This document shows, piece after piece, positions 36,913-50,070 of a stretch of DNA of 64,000 bases. The stretch is taken from contig ML978147.1 in the NCBI GenBank assembly GCA_010015805.1, positions 1 to 64,000 of the forward strand, read 5' to 3'. The DNA comes from Rhizodiscina lignyota (taxonomy: Eukaryota). The notes beneath the pieces were generated by a model. It made no database searches, was not told the DNA's origin, and worked only from the letters and a program-made list of their open reading frames with translations. A program made the position numbers and the translations under genes. Numbering within the stretch: the first letter of the stretch is position 1; each line of letters opens with the position of its first letter.

Positions 36913-38247
36913 ATTTGCGAAAAGAAATTATGGCTGGACTTGTTGTAGAGGTCGATGAGCACAGCAAGGACAATCGGCTCTCTATGAATTTGTTGCCGGC
37001 GAAGAAGAGGCGCGCTGTCGTTCCTTATATAGGCGGCAGATGTCACTGAGGAAAGCGCGCTCCCATCAAGGAGGGCCCAGTGCCGTGCTGCTCCGACGTA
37101 AGCCTTCAGATGACAGGTCCCACCAGCAGAATTCTCAAAGACACGAACGCAGAAAGCGCACGGATCCTGTGGTTGTGGTTAATGACTCTAAAGTCGCCGA
37201 TGTTGGGGTGCCCAACAACGGTATGCTGACGATTGAGAATTCGGCATGATCCAAGTCTGATCAGTGGTCCGTGGTTATTGTATTGGTAGTGGGTGCGGGG
37301 GCAATGCGGAATAGAAAAATGGAATGAGACGAAAGCTTTGTGAGCGAGCGTTCATCAGAAAAGTGAGAGGACAGATGAAGAGGGCATACAGTTGTCTACA
37401 TATGCTCTGGAGAACGACTTTTACCTTCCAATTTCCAGGTACTCTCGGAAATTAATTGGGATAATATGAAAATGGCCGATTTCTGGAATCGAGCAACGAA
37501 AGTTTTCTGGCATCTCAATTTCATAGACAAAATAGACGTCTCCACACCGTGCCCATGCTAGGAGATTGGGTGATTATAATTTCTCCAGAGGTACTGAGTA
37601 TGGTACGGGAAGTAAGAAGACCATTGATGAATAGCCATGCCGGGCACGGGATTGCAGGAAGATCTTGATGAAGTACAAACGTGCGGGAAGGATCGATGAC
37701 CGCCAAGACTCTCATCGGCCCGACTTCATTCCCCGCCTGACGCCGCATTTGTGGAGTCCTTTCCAGGGGCAATACAACAGTGGATCCATCCTCGAACAGA
37801 GATCACAGTTTCCTTCCTCTTTCTTTATGTCGATGCTGTGAGAGTTTGAAGGTGATGAGAAGCAGTTCTCAGTCTGCACGACTCTAGAATATCAATGGTT
37901 GTAAGGACGAAGTAGATTGCGATCGGTTATCCTTCGCATGTTCGGAAGAAGAACGTGCAACCGAACTCCGTATATCGTATCCTTTACAGCATATCTGTAA
38001 GTTCCGGTATCGTATTACCGGAGATGATATTTCCTGGATATGAATTCACCTCGTCTCGTTCAACACGGATTTTTACTCACAGATCCAGAATCGTTCCAAG
38101 GCTTGCTCAGGAAATCGATACCCGTTGGACCAAAAGGCTACTACGCACAGTAGGGTATTCAAAGGTCATGATATAACTTCAAAAAATCAAAGGCTTTTCC
38201 AAGAAAGTTCAGCATTTCTGAGACCTTCGACGCAATACTTGGACAAG

Positions 38248-39243
38248 ATGGTTGACGCTCTCAAAGATCCGCTGATCCATGATTTCCATAGACACAATCG
38301 TCATTCCGGTAAGAGCTCAAGCACAGTACAGTACACCTAGCTTGGGCTAACTCGATCAGGCGGACTATTCACGAAGACGTCCCGGCATGATACGTATGAC
38401 TTTATATGTCCAGCTCAGTTTGACCTATCTGGCCGTACTGCCTTGATCACTGGTGCTTCAAAGGGCATCGGCCGAACCATGGCTGTGTCGTATGCGCAAG
38501 CTCGTATATCTGGAATCTGCCTTGCCGCAAGAAGTGATATGTCGTCGACGATCTCAGCAATCCAGGGTGTAGCACACGAATTTGGCCTTCCCGTTCCAAA
38601 GATTGTTGCCTTGACTGTCGATGTTACGGATCAAGCCTCCGTTGAGGCCGGAGCGAAGAAGTTCAGCGAAGAATTCCCAGAAGGACTCGACATACTTATC
38701 TCGAACGCAGGCTATCTAGAGCCCGAGAAGCCCGTCTCCGAGAGCGATCCCGTCGAATGGTGGAAAAGCATGGAGATCAATCTCAAAGGCCCATATCTGG
38801 TCGCTCGCTCATTCATTCCGTTCTTAATGCAAAAGCCAAATGGACTCAAGGTACTCTGCAATACAGTCTCCATTGGCGCACACATGCTCTTCCCTGGAAT
38901 GTCAGCATACAACACTGCCAAGCTGGCTGTATGCCGGCTTACCGAGTATGAGGATGTAGAGTATGCAGATCAAGGCCTGATCTCCTTCTCCATTCATCCA
39001 GGCGGCGTTCCCACGGATATGGCTTTCAAGCTTCCGAAAGAGAAACAGGTCATGTTAACGGAGACACATGAGCTTGTAAGCGACACAACAGTCTGGTTGA
39101 CTGCACAGAGGAGAGAATGGCTGAAAGCGCGATATGTCAGTGTCCAATGGGACATGCAGGAGCTGGAAGAGCATTCAAAGGAAGTTGTGGAACAGGACTT
39201 ATTGAAAGTCAAACTCATGGTAGGGAATGGCTTTCTAAAATAA
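38248..39243 (+). CDS. Short-chain dehydrogenase/reductase (2 exons)
   Basis: ITGASKGIG, SNAG, YNTAK, HPGGV; a phase-1 intron at about 38309-38359 joins the exons in frame. Confidence 0.9.
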
Positions 39244-39550
39244 TCTCACTCGTGTGCTCAACAGATTTGAGATAAATTTAAAAGTTTCTAGATTGCCTGA
39301 CACCTCCCGCTAGTTTATACCCAGACAAAAGGACAACGCTGAAGACCGCGCTTATTCTGAATGAAGAACCCAGGCACCCTGAAGTCTTCAAGTTGAGCCC
39401 GCGGCATGATAAAATTGAATGGGGCACTTGCTTTGTTAAATTTTGTCACGAAAGTTTAATGTACAACTGAAACCCAATAGACTGTCTCTCCTTAGAATTC
39501 TGTCCTTTTTTGTAGAGTGGCTTGTATATCCTCCTCACGCTAATGGGCGC

Positions 39551-39952
39551 TCAAGGGCAGTCGATGCTCAAACCCATAATATTATATCCTGGAGTAGTAC
39601 ATTGTCCCTCCGGAGCAACTACGGGATCGCTGGAACACTGATCGGAGTACACAGTCACTATAATTATCAGCTACCGCGAGACCTTCTCACCATGGGTACC
39701 GAACTCACTCTGACAATTCCCCGTCACGAAATTCGGAAAGACGCTCACGGCCGAGTTCGCAGGTTCGCCAGAGCCAGGACTGTTGAGGGCGAAGCATTGG
39801 TCGGTATTAAAGTTTAGATTTCCAGTCATACCACATGTACCGCAGCCGCATCCAGCTTGATTGCTGAAAGATACTTGGAAGCCAACTGATTCACCTTGCG
39901 CTGCCGTGAACGGTAGCAAGACGAGAGCGGATGCAACTGCGAGAACGTGCAT
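39551..39952 (-). CDS. Small secreted cysteine-rich protein (116 aa, 8 Cys)
   Basis: Signal peptide MHVLAVASALVLLPFTAA. Intron 39658-39708 (GTGAGT..CTGAT..TAG). Exon 2 adds MTVYSDQCSSDPVVAPEGQCTTPGYNIMGLSIDCP*. TATA-like TATTTATATA upstream. Confidence 0.8.
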
Positions 39953-41155
39953 ATTTTCAGTAATGTGTGAATCGAGTTTGAAGAGAAGGATGCAACTATG
40001 CTCAGCGAGTACGGCCTGAGTATATAAATAGTCAACCGAAGCTCCTCATTTCGCGTGTGAACGCAGGAACAAGACGTTGATCGACTTCTTCTCCTCCATA
40101 TTCGTCATTATTTGGCAACATCTTTGCGAAATGTTCAACTGCTAGTAGGAACTGTAGGAAGTGGGACAAGGGCAGAAAGAACTGCACAGAATTGTGATAA
40201 CGCTCACGTCAGCAACACTGTCTTCGCATTTACCCTGACTACCCTCTGTATCAAATTAAAGTAACTTCAATATTATTGCCTTACCTATCTTACCTGATAC
40301 AATGTCCTGTTCGTAGCCCGAGGCTGCTTTCGCTCTTCCACTTATCCAGATGTGTGCCCGATCTTCGCTTCGTAAGCGCTACCACCATTCAATTCAACAA
40401 TATATGTCATATCTCGTATTCTTCTAGAGCATATGCTTACCCTCTGATTCAACAGTCTCCTTAATCTACTTTGCATGCCCAATCCTGATCATCGACGGTA
40501 TTCCACAAAGCCGGGAGGACCGATCCGGGTTTCTGATAGAGCGTCTTTTGCGCCGCGCGTCGGTAGCGAGGGACGATTAGGAGTCATGCAGTTAGCTATT
40601 TTAGTGAATTTGAAGAGAATTGCCCAGGGATATGAAACTGTTCCCCGAAAAGTGAACTTGATGAAATTCAAGGTTGGAAGGGAAGAGAAGAGACGGGGAG
40701 ACGAGAGGAAGACGTAGACTGTAGAGCTCTCTCCTTAGCTGGTCTCATTCAAGCTTACTTTGTTGAAGTCGTTTTGCTAGTAGACCTGCCGAAGGATGTC
40801 CATCACGAAGCAGCAGCATGGGCGTTATCTCGCGTGTGAGGCCGAAATCATATAAAGAGTGCAGTTGGGATGCAGATGGACGGAGTTAGTTAAGCCCACG
40901 ACGGCACGGACGGGTATCGCAGCACACGCCACAGCGGCCCGAAGTCCAGCCATTTCCGAAACTCGGGGATTTTCTCAGGGCCCTTGGGCCTTGACAAGTC
41001 TCGTCTGCAGTTCTTTCCCTTTATGTACGCGAGCTCAAGATCTCCAGCTGCATCACATGGATGTTGAGAGCCGGAAACTGCAAACCCTAACAGTCCATCT
41101 ATCTCCCAAAGCTACATGACCTGTTGTACATATTTCCAGTCTCGTCCATATCATT

Positions 41156-43238
41156 TCAATCGTACTCATTTTTCTTCAGAGGAGGCAGCCGTCGGCCGCT
41201 ACCATCGAACGGAGCTACAGGCCTCCATCCACCCTGTTGGTCGGGTATTGGCTCTACGTAAATGGAGCTTCGTGTATGAATTGAGCTGTCGTGACTCGAC
41301 GATGATATCACCGAGTCTCTCATATCAGATTTGCGATACACCCGCCGTAGAGAAGGCGGTTTATCTTCTTCGCTCTGGTTTCTCCCTGAGCTAGTGGCGC
41401 TCACTGTCGGAGATGATCTTGCGCCCATGTCTCGCTTTGAAGCTTCTCTCGATTTGTCCTCGACCTCTTCCGTTCTGGCAGGGGTTTTCTTGGTCAGTCC
41501 CTCCCAAATCTCCATTGGATTGCTAATAGATGCTCTCTGGCTTCTGTATCGTTTTATTTGGCTAGCATGAGACACTGGCAAGCTGCTTCCTGACCCTCTT
41601 GGAGTACGGAATTCTACAATTGGCGGTCCATCGTCGTTTAGGAGATGCACGACTGGTCCGCGAGGTCTCTTCAAACGTCTTGCTGAATTATGCCCCTCAA
41701 GGTCATCAATAACCTCAGTGTCTCTCGGCTCTCCAGTATCTTCAGACTCTTGGATAACTTCAACGAGCTCATGATTTTCGAGATTTCGGCCTTCTTCGAT
41801 AACTCCGACCACTTCTTCATCGACAGCTTCATGCTCATCGACTATTCCACGATCCATAATTCCATTACGCTCTTCGGGATTCTCGCCTTCTTCAATAGAC
41901 TCCTCTTTAACAAGCTCATGTTCTTGAGCAATTTCATGCTTTTCGCTGAACTGACACTCTTGAGGAACTTTATGTTCTCCAATGACGTTACACCTTTCGA
42001 GTTGACCTTTGCGCTCTGTGGGAACTTCAAGCTCTTCGACAACTCTATACTCCGTGGCAGCTTCAGACTCTTTGAAAAGTTCAGGCCTTGCAGGACCTCC
42101 GAGCTGTCGAAGAGCCTGAGGTATCTCAAGAGGCTGAACCTTTTCAGCACCTTCAGACCTTTCCGAAGCTGCAAGCTCTCTAACATCCCCTACCGGCTCA
42201 TCATCTTCAACTTCCCCATGATTCTGGAATTCCCTGACAATTCCCACGAGATCTTCAGGCGCTGGCCGATCCTTTGTCTTTCCATGTGGACTTGACGTAC
42301 GCTGCTCTCTCGTCTTTCCCCACCGCAGCGGATTAACATGGTCTGCTGAAAGCTGACTTCCTCGTTCAGACCTATTCCGATGTTCGCGAAGCGCTCTGCT
42401 TGCTTTTCCACTTATGATTTTCTCCTCTTGCGTGAGAGTTGCCATGATCTTTTGTGTAGTCCGAAACACGTCGTTCCGGCGTCCCGTTCCAGGGTAGTCT
42501 TCTGCGACTTGTTCATCATACGCTCTTGCATACATTCTCGAGTGATTCCTTTCGTGGTTCGTCAGCTGGTCTTTCAGATCTTGACACTGCTCGGTTTGCT
42601 CCCGCAGAAGTCTTCGCAGCACTTTCCTGGACGCGCAAACCGTGAGCATAATTTATCAACCAAGTGCACTCACTGCTTGCAACTTACAGCTCCACTCGCA
42701 ATCCCTCAGGATTCTCGCGGGCGCGTTTTAGTTCTGCGACTTTGTCTAAGATGCTTGTGCAAGTCTGGAAGGCTGATACCGCGGAGTACGTGAGACTGAG
42801 GTGCAGAGTCTGGCTTGCTAGTCTCGGTCGGAGCAGGTACCAGTAAATACTCTCGCGGAGACGCTCTCCCAGCTTTTTGTGGCACTGCGACTTCACATCT
42901 CTCAGCTTCCTCCTCAGGACGTTCAGCTGACGCGTGGCCGCCTCGCATTGTGTATATACGTCCCTCGCCATATTGATCATGCGATCATATGAATCAGTCT
43001 CTTGGGCATCGTGCGGCTCCATTCGCTTTTGAACTTTCTTGACAACATCATCAAATAAGACCAGAAAGCTGGAAAAGGTCCTTGACGTGGCGTGGAGGTT
43101 TGCTACTTCCTTTGGAACATGGCGCATTGTTTTCCGTATATTCTCAAAATCTCGAGCACACTTCATAGCTGTGTCAGAGAGTTCGAGGATTGTTGTAGCG
43201 CCCTTGAGGCCAATTGGCCCTACCATGATGTCCGCCAT
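41156..43238 (-). CDS. Protein with helical N-terminal (HeLo-like/fungal N-terminal) domain and long acidic low-complexity C-terminus
   Basis: Amphipathic N-terminus (MADIMVGPIG...MRHVPKEVANLHATSRTFSSFL...RESIYWYL), a short intron near 42640-42686, then an E-rich region with ~6/12-residue periodicity. Confidence 0.65.
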
Positions 43239-44110
43239 GGAGAAAAGTCGAGTGAACGATCAATATTTCGACGCCAAGGTCCAGAAAAGACTTTCGATAG
43301 AGCAATTGAATCATTCTGATGACTCTGTGATATAAGTCTTCATTATCAGCACGAAATCTTCTTACAGCCTTGCGCATTTCTCTTCACCGGTCACCATTTG
43401 CAGGACAATCGCGGGGCTTAGTAAATGCTATCCAATGATCTACCTGGACTCTCCATTTCTCGAAAATACCACTGACAGTCATGCTGCATGTGTCAGTGGC
43501 TGGATGATGCACCGGTCCGACCCTTTCGCCTCTCTGCATATGCAGCAGTCGAGATACTGACCGTTGAACTAATGGAGTGTATCCATTTCTTATTGTGGCG
43601 CCCTTGGTCCGATATCAAGCCCATGTCTTGCTTTCCTTCGTCATATCATCTAAGCATCAAAAGATTGCCATCAGCAAATACCGTTGACTCTGCCGATGTT
43701 GCTTAGGAACCGTTGAGACTCCTCCATATGATCATGGCGGGCAGAGCCACTTCTGCTTTGAGCGCCACCAAGGATCTCTTGGGCGACAATTCAGAGAGGC
43801 TCGATAACTCCATACAATAATTTCTAGGTAAGCTCAACTCACGGATTTCGCGGAGTTTAAATATTTATGAGGCAGTCAATACGTACGGAGTAAGGAGTAT
43901 AAGGCTTGTTCCCGTTGAGATAAAGGGGCGGACGACGGAATTCGCGTGAAATTCGTCGGAAATCACAAGGCCCGTTCATCACCGCGTAACTCCACGCAAG
44001 GCTCCTTTTGGCAAACGCGCGCACGCGACATATAAGTCCAGTTACAATCTTCACTCTTCTAACAGGATGTAGAGCCAAAATTCGACGCGTTCGCGTTTAA
44101 TATCGACCCA

Positions 44111-45216
44111 ATGCACGTCATTTTGACCGGCGCTACAGGCCTTGTCGGCTCTGGAGTGCTGAACCAACTCCTCGCGCAGCCTGCTGGACGCGTTTCTCAC
44201 ATTTCCATTCTTGGACGCAACAATTCACCATTGGCTGAAGGAAAGCCAAATGTTACGTTCATCAAGCACGATGACTTCCTGAGCTATCCGCCGGAGCTGC
44301 TGGAAAGGCTGAAGGGCGCCGAGGCATGTATCTGGGCGTTAGGGATCAGTCAGACGCAGGTTAGCAAAGAGTATGTCCCTCTCGTCATTTCGGCATGTTT
44401 TACAGTATGCCTCGGCGGATGGAATCGTCAAATGACGCGTAAGAGGACTACCTCTTTTGCAGCGAAAGTCACGCGACTCATCCGATCGGAGATACTTTGG
44501 GATTTCGGTTGTGGCAGATGCTGATTGGACACACCTTAGGGAATATGTCGAGATCACAGAGGGTTATTCTATTGCTGCTGCAAAGGCATTTTCGACGCTG
44601 AGCGACAAGTTCACATTCGTCTACGTATCAGGTTGGTCTCTCTCCGCTTGCGTTATTCTAAACCCCGGCACTTTCGTCTCTTTTCTCCACATTGGGCGCT
44701 TATTAACCTCCAAATGGCGAATGAAGATCCAAGCTAACACTCTTCAACAGGGGAAGGCGTATGCAATTCATCTTGCATCTTTCCGTCTTTGCATGAGACT
44801 AACGCTGATATATCCAGGCAACCCCAAATCCGGGACCGTTCAGCGCCTACTTTGCGGGAGTCAAAGGACGCACGGAATTGGAACTGAACGCGCTCATGAA
44901 AGAATACCCGTCTCTTCGCACATATTCTATGCGCCCTGGCATGGTAGATCCCAGAGGTGATCCGGCTGTGCTTGCTGCTCAAAAAGATCGACGAGGAGCC
45001 GCTTTCAAGACTATGGAGGCAGTCATGAGCCCAATCATTCGGGCAACATACGCTAGCATGCACTCTCCAACGCCATGGCTGGGGGAATTCCTGGTAGGCC
45101 TAGCCACTGGCGATGGAGAGCCATTCAAGGGAGATGATATGGAAGGAGACGGCAGGATACTGCCCAATAAGGCAGCGAGGAGAATCTCGAAGCAGTGGAA
45201 GAAAGAAGGCAAGTAG
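44111..45216 (+). CDS. Atypical NAD(P)-binding Rossmann protein (epimerase/SDR-like), multi-exon
   Basis: MHVILTGATGLVGSGVL, ACIWALG, FVYVSG, KGRTE, MRPGMV; GT-AG introns. Confidence 0.85.
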
Positions 45217-45710
45217 TGTTGGAGAGGTGTATCGGGTGCATGTGGCTCGATATGGAAGAATGCACGGTGTTGGGCGTTTGCGAGCTTCGGTTACGGTTAA
45301 GACCGGCTTCCTCACCACCTCACCAGCGAAATGCCCAAGTGATGAGGCTCAAGTGGTGGTAATCGGCGGGAGCCTTTTGTCGGCCGGCATGGGACTCCAG
45401 TCGTGATCCAACTACCGCGTGACGATGATTCTTTACATGTGTCACGTTCTTCTCATCAACACGAGGATATATTTTCTGGCCCTCTTGTCTTCTTTTTGAT
45501 GTCGCGCGCTAGAACTTTGCCGCTTTACGTTGTGTGCAGCAGGTGGTTTCCTGATTGGGAAGAATCACACTCTCGTGCTTTCCTCAAGTGTGTTTTGACT
45601 GTGCAGAACGACATCTCCATTTTTCAACCTTAACACCTCGTTGCACTCTCTTTATCCTTCTCTCCACCTTCATCCTCCACCTCTACCGAACCATTCACTA
45701 TAGCGTCACG

Positions 45711-47485
45711 ATGGGTCCGTTTCTGCTTTTCGCAGGACTCGGCGCGATACTGCTGCTTGTCCTCTGTGCTCGGCGGATACAACTACTTCGATTCCCTGGG
45801 CCGATTGTAGCGAAAGTGTCTGACTCATGGCGGTTCAATGATGTCTTAAACGGTCATGCTCATGAGACTGCCCTCAAATTGCACAACAGGCTCGGTACAG
45901 CGGTTCGAATGGGCCCGAACACTCTCAGCCTGAGCGATCCGGAGGTGGTCAAGACGGTATATTCAATGAAAGTACCGTGGAAGAAGGTATGTGAGGACTT
46001 CATCTGATCCCTTCACGATGCACGCATACTCTCGTCAGTCAATACAGGTTATACAGCCAATATTCAGTTGAGCTGTGTATTTTGGACATGCTGCCCGATG
46101 TATCCAATCAAGCTCTCAGAGATGTTCTCGTTTTCTTTGAGGGTCAAGACTCGTTACTTCGATGCTAACTACGTTACAGAGCAATTTCTACAGTGTAGCA
46201 GACATAGTGGCCAATGGAAACCCCATGCATAACCTGTTCAGCTCACGAGACGAGGAATGGCACGAACATGCGGTACGGCCAATACGTCCACTGTATTCGA
46301 TGACGAAGGTTCTTGAACTGGAACCGAGATTTGATCAAACGATCAATCTGCTTCTTCAGTGCTTCGACCAAGCCGCTCTCGTGTGCAAGAATGCGCCTTG
46401 TCCACTCGACTTGTGGGTTGGCGCATTCACTTTGGACCTGAACAGCAATGCCACCTTCGGCAAGCATGGGGACTTCCTCCGCCAGGAGTCTGACCTGAGA
46501 GATATCAACACCAACGAACGCTGTCACCTTTTCTTCGACGCCTCTAAGCGGCAGTTTCAGGGCGTCGCTTCCCTAGGCCAGATGCCCATGATGGACTATG
46601 TAATTGGACAGAAGGCGTTCTGGCGTAAAACCAAGGAGATGCCAGATGATCCGTTACCGCGACTAGTGGCACCAGCTGTACGAGGCCGTCAGATGGAGAA
46701 GCCGACAGAAATGGATGATGATCAGCCGCCAGACCTGCTGTCGAGATTCATAGGACTCATGTCTACTCATCCGCAAGTCGTCTATCCAAGCATGGTGTTC
46801 GGCTACAGCATGTCACAGCTCGTGGCGGGCAGCGACACTACTGCAAGCGCCATCTTGTCTACTGTCTACCACACCCTGAAGCACCCTCAAGTGAAAGAGA
46901 AGTTGCAGGTCGAACTGTGTGCGGCGGACCTCTCAACTCCAGCACAGTGGTATCAAGTCCGCAATCTGAAATACCTCAACGCGGTCATCAGCGAAGCAAT
47001 GCGCATGACTCCGGGCGTCGGCCTTGTGTTAGAGCGCGTCGTTCCGGCGGGCGGCTTCACGCTTCCAGATGGCCGATACGTTCCCGCCGGCACGATTGTG
47101 GGCATGAATCCTTGGGTTCTGAGTCGCACCAAGGCCGTGTACGGCGAGGATGCAGATCACTTCAATCCGGAGCGCTGGCTGCAGCGCGAAGGTGAGAGTA
47201 CTGAGAGGTTCAAGGAGCGAGAGCGCCGCATGCGGGACAGTGATCTGGGTTTCGGTCATGGACCGAGGAGCTGCATCGGAAAGAGCTTCGCGCTTTTGGT
47301 TGTACACAAGCTGATCGCGACGCTGTTTTCAGTTTACGATGTAAGTTGGCTCTCGTAGAGAGATGATTATCTTGCTAATAATGTACCAGATGGAGTTGTT
47401 GGACCCAGACAAGGAGTGGAAGATCCAGTGCTGGTGGTTCGTCTACGTGTCTGATGTCAATGTGACCTTGCAGCGAAGGAAATAA
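45711..47485 (+). CDS. Cytochrome P450 (3 exons)
   Basis: N-terminal TM plus FPGP, I-helix AGSDTT, EAMR (ExxR), FNPERW, heme motif FGHGPRSCIG. Confidence 0.93.
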
Positions 47486-48294
47486 TCAAACCGCTCGAAG
47501 ATTTCTGGGAACAAGCGACGGAGTCTAAGTCTAACAAATGCGGGATTTTGTAGCTCGCGGGGGTCAGATGGAGTAACAGTAACTCTTATTTGCTCTTTTT
47601 GCTAGACCCATGGTGGCATTGCTGTCCTAATAATTCCAATCCTGTTTTTCATCTGTAAATATTCTGTTTCATTATATGCAACCTATCTTGCTTTCTGGAG
47701 CATTGGCCACGTTGTGGAACCTGGAAGTGGGTGGCACAAAAGTTGAGTCGTGGCTACAATATGTCGAACCAGAAAGATGCGGATCCTCTTTGAATAATAC
47801 GAATCATATAGACCATGGTTACGCATTTTCGACAATTACTGCCTGGTACATATTTAATCGAGCTTTCAGAGATGCTCCCATTCGTGTTGAAGAATAAAAC
47901 GTGTCCTTACTGCAGCCTTTCAATGAAGCTTGCTCAACTACTTTATCACACTCATGGACCTGTTTGAGCATGAGGAGCATCACCATGATGCGCCGCCTAC
48001 TGCTAATTCGTCTCGTCACATTCGGGCAAGTCAGCATCTTAAAGCACAATAATGTCATCAGGCAAGAATAGTCGCGCTGTCCCACCATCAGGCGGTGGTG
48101 AGTGCGTTGCATCTCTATGAATTGGCTGTATCTCCACAGGAAGAGGTCTGCCGTTTGGGCCTGTTTGATTCGCTGGCGCTGTCCCAGTAGGCTCTGGCGG
48201 CTGCTCTGAAATCGGGACAAGCGGAGGAGAGCGGTCGGGATGCGGTGGTCGTTGGTCCGTCGCTGTGTTCGGTGGCGGAGCGATAGCATCTCCT

Positions 48295-49252
48295 TCACGG
48301 TGTGTAGCTTCTACATGTCCTCGGTCCTAATACGGGGTGTGTCGGGTCGATACTACCAGTTCGAGTGCACGTGTAATTCGTTCTCATCTTGACAAGGCGC
48401 AGTACTCCCTCCCCTTGCTGTCCATATGCTTCTGTCATCTTCCAAAAAGAAAATTCCCATGCAAACAAGCAAATTGCCACGACCCATATGAAAACCGCTC
48501 CAACCCATGCTTGTAGCAACGCCTGCTTGCCGACTTTGGCTTCAATAGTGCCGCTGCAGGCCTCTTAGCCGATGTTGCTGATGAACAGCCGCCCCTACGA
48601 GGGCCAAGACCCGAGACAAGTGTTGCCCCAAAGATCGTAATCGAAAGTGCTTTAGATAAGGCAACTCTCAACTTTCGATCAGAACTGTGATCGTATGAGA
48701 TGCGGCGATAGTCATAATTTTTGATAGACCGCATAGATAGTCCAACGATAGGGACGACGAGAAGGACGAGCGCGATAAGGAAACATACAGCAGCGCAGGT
48801 TACATGTTGCGATCGAAATCGGTCGAAAGTGCTGAAGAGATCAAGCGAATCAAGGCCAGGTGCCGCCCATGGGTGCCTGAAGTTACCAATGAGAAAGTTG
48901 ACAGAATTTTCGTGGCACCACCATAGTTAAGGGCAGGAAGGCTCGTAGTGGAAATAATCCCGACATATCTATGGATGATGGTATGACAGGCCATTAGGTT
49001 CAACGACAGTCGAGTGATTGTTGGACGGAGAGTATCAGGGTGACATAGATATTTGCGGCCTGGACACTGGGCGTCACGGAGCATGGAGAGAAGAACGGCC
49101 GCGGGCATGAAACCGAATGTTAGGACAAACAGCAGTGAAAGCACGTAGGAAACTAGACTCAAAATCAAGCAGAGTGCAACAAATGGACACAGCGATGTAA
49201 TTACACTGAAAAATCTGGCAGTTCTGGCTCTTGTAGATGATTGCACCCACAT
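48295..49252 (-). other. Possible multi-exon or degraded membrane-protein gene
   Basis: Several hydrophobic ORF pieces on the minus strand (PFVALCLILSLVSYVLSLLFVL; AWVGAVFIWVVAICLFAW); gene model not resolved. Confidence 0.3.
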
Positions 49253-50070
49253 TGCGGCGCGGAAGCGAGCAACAGTTTGGCGTTGGGAGAGTGCCTATCG
49301 CGAGAGAATTACCTCCGGTATCACTTAGAGTTTCAGACCAAAGTTCATACTGATCGCGCCAAGTTCGAGGCATCGAGCTATGTATGTCGGTCGCGTTTGT
49401 GAGGTTTGGTGGATCGTGAAAGACTTTCCTCGCGCGTGGTGAAATCCTTGGCATGGGTTCCTGCGCCCTAAATTTTTGGTAGTAAACCCCTTGCGCGCTG
49501 GAGACTGGGAGGGGCCGAGATTACCCAAATTTAGGTGGGGCAACACCCAGACCTAGGTCGGCTGGTTGGCTCGTTCGTTCATAAGGAACTGGCCTCTCAT
49601 GAACGGCAGCTCCTTATCCGTTCGCGATCAGAAGCAAAGTTTTCCCCACGAATTCAAACTTCGAGTGCTATGCACATCCGACTTTGATATCTCCGTCCGA
49701 CACCCATTGGTTTGTCACATTTCAGGTTCATTTGCGACCTCAGATTACCAATTCGGGCTTGGCTCTCGGCGAATCACTTTCATACAGGAGTATCTACCGA
49801 GTTGCCGAGGGCACTAAATTGTGCTTATCTAACGGGAGATGAAAGTCGCCAGTCAAGATCAGAGTATCTCCATTTTCCATAAACGAATATTGTTTAATCG
49901 GATCGGAATCTGGTCGGGTCAAGCTAGAGGTTGTTCAACGCTGACAAATAATGGGAGCTAATCTTCCATGCACGAGTATCATTTAACCTATAAGTCCATT
50001 CCAAGCTCGGGTCTGTTTACCACTCATTCAAACATCTCTCCGTTTCTGATTTTCAATTCACACTTGCATC

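Noticed and set aside
41690..42295. 201-aa Phe/Leu-rich plus-strand ORF
   Set aside because: Antisense shadow of the Glu-rich minus-strand gene.
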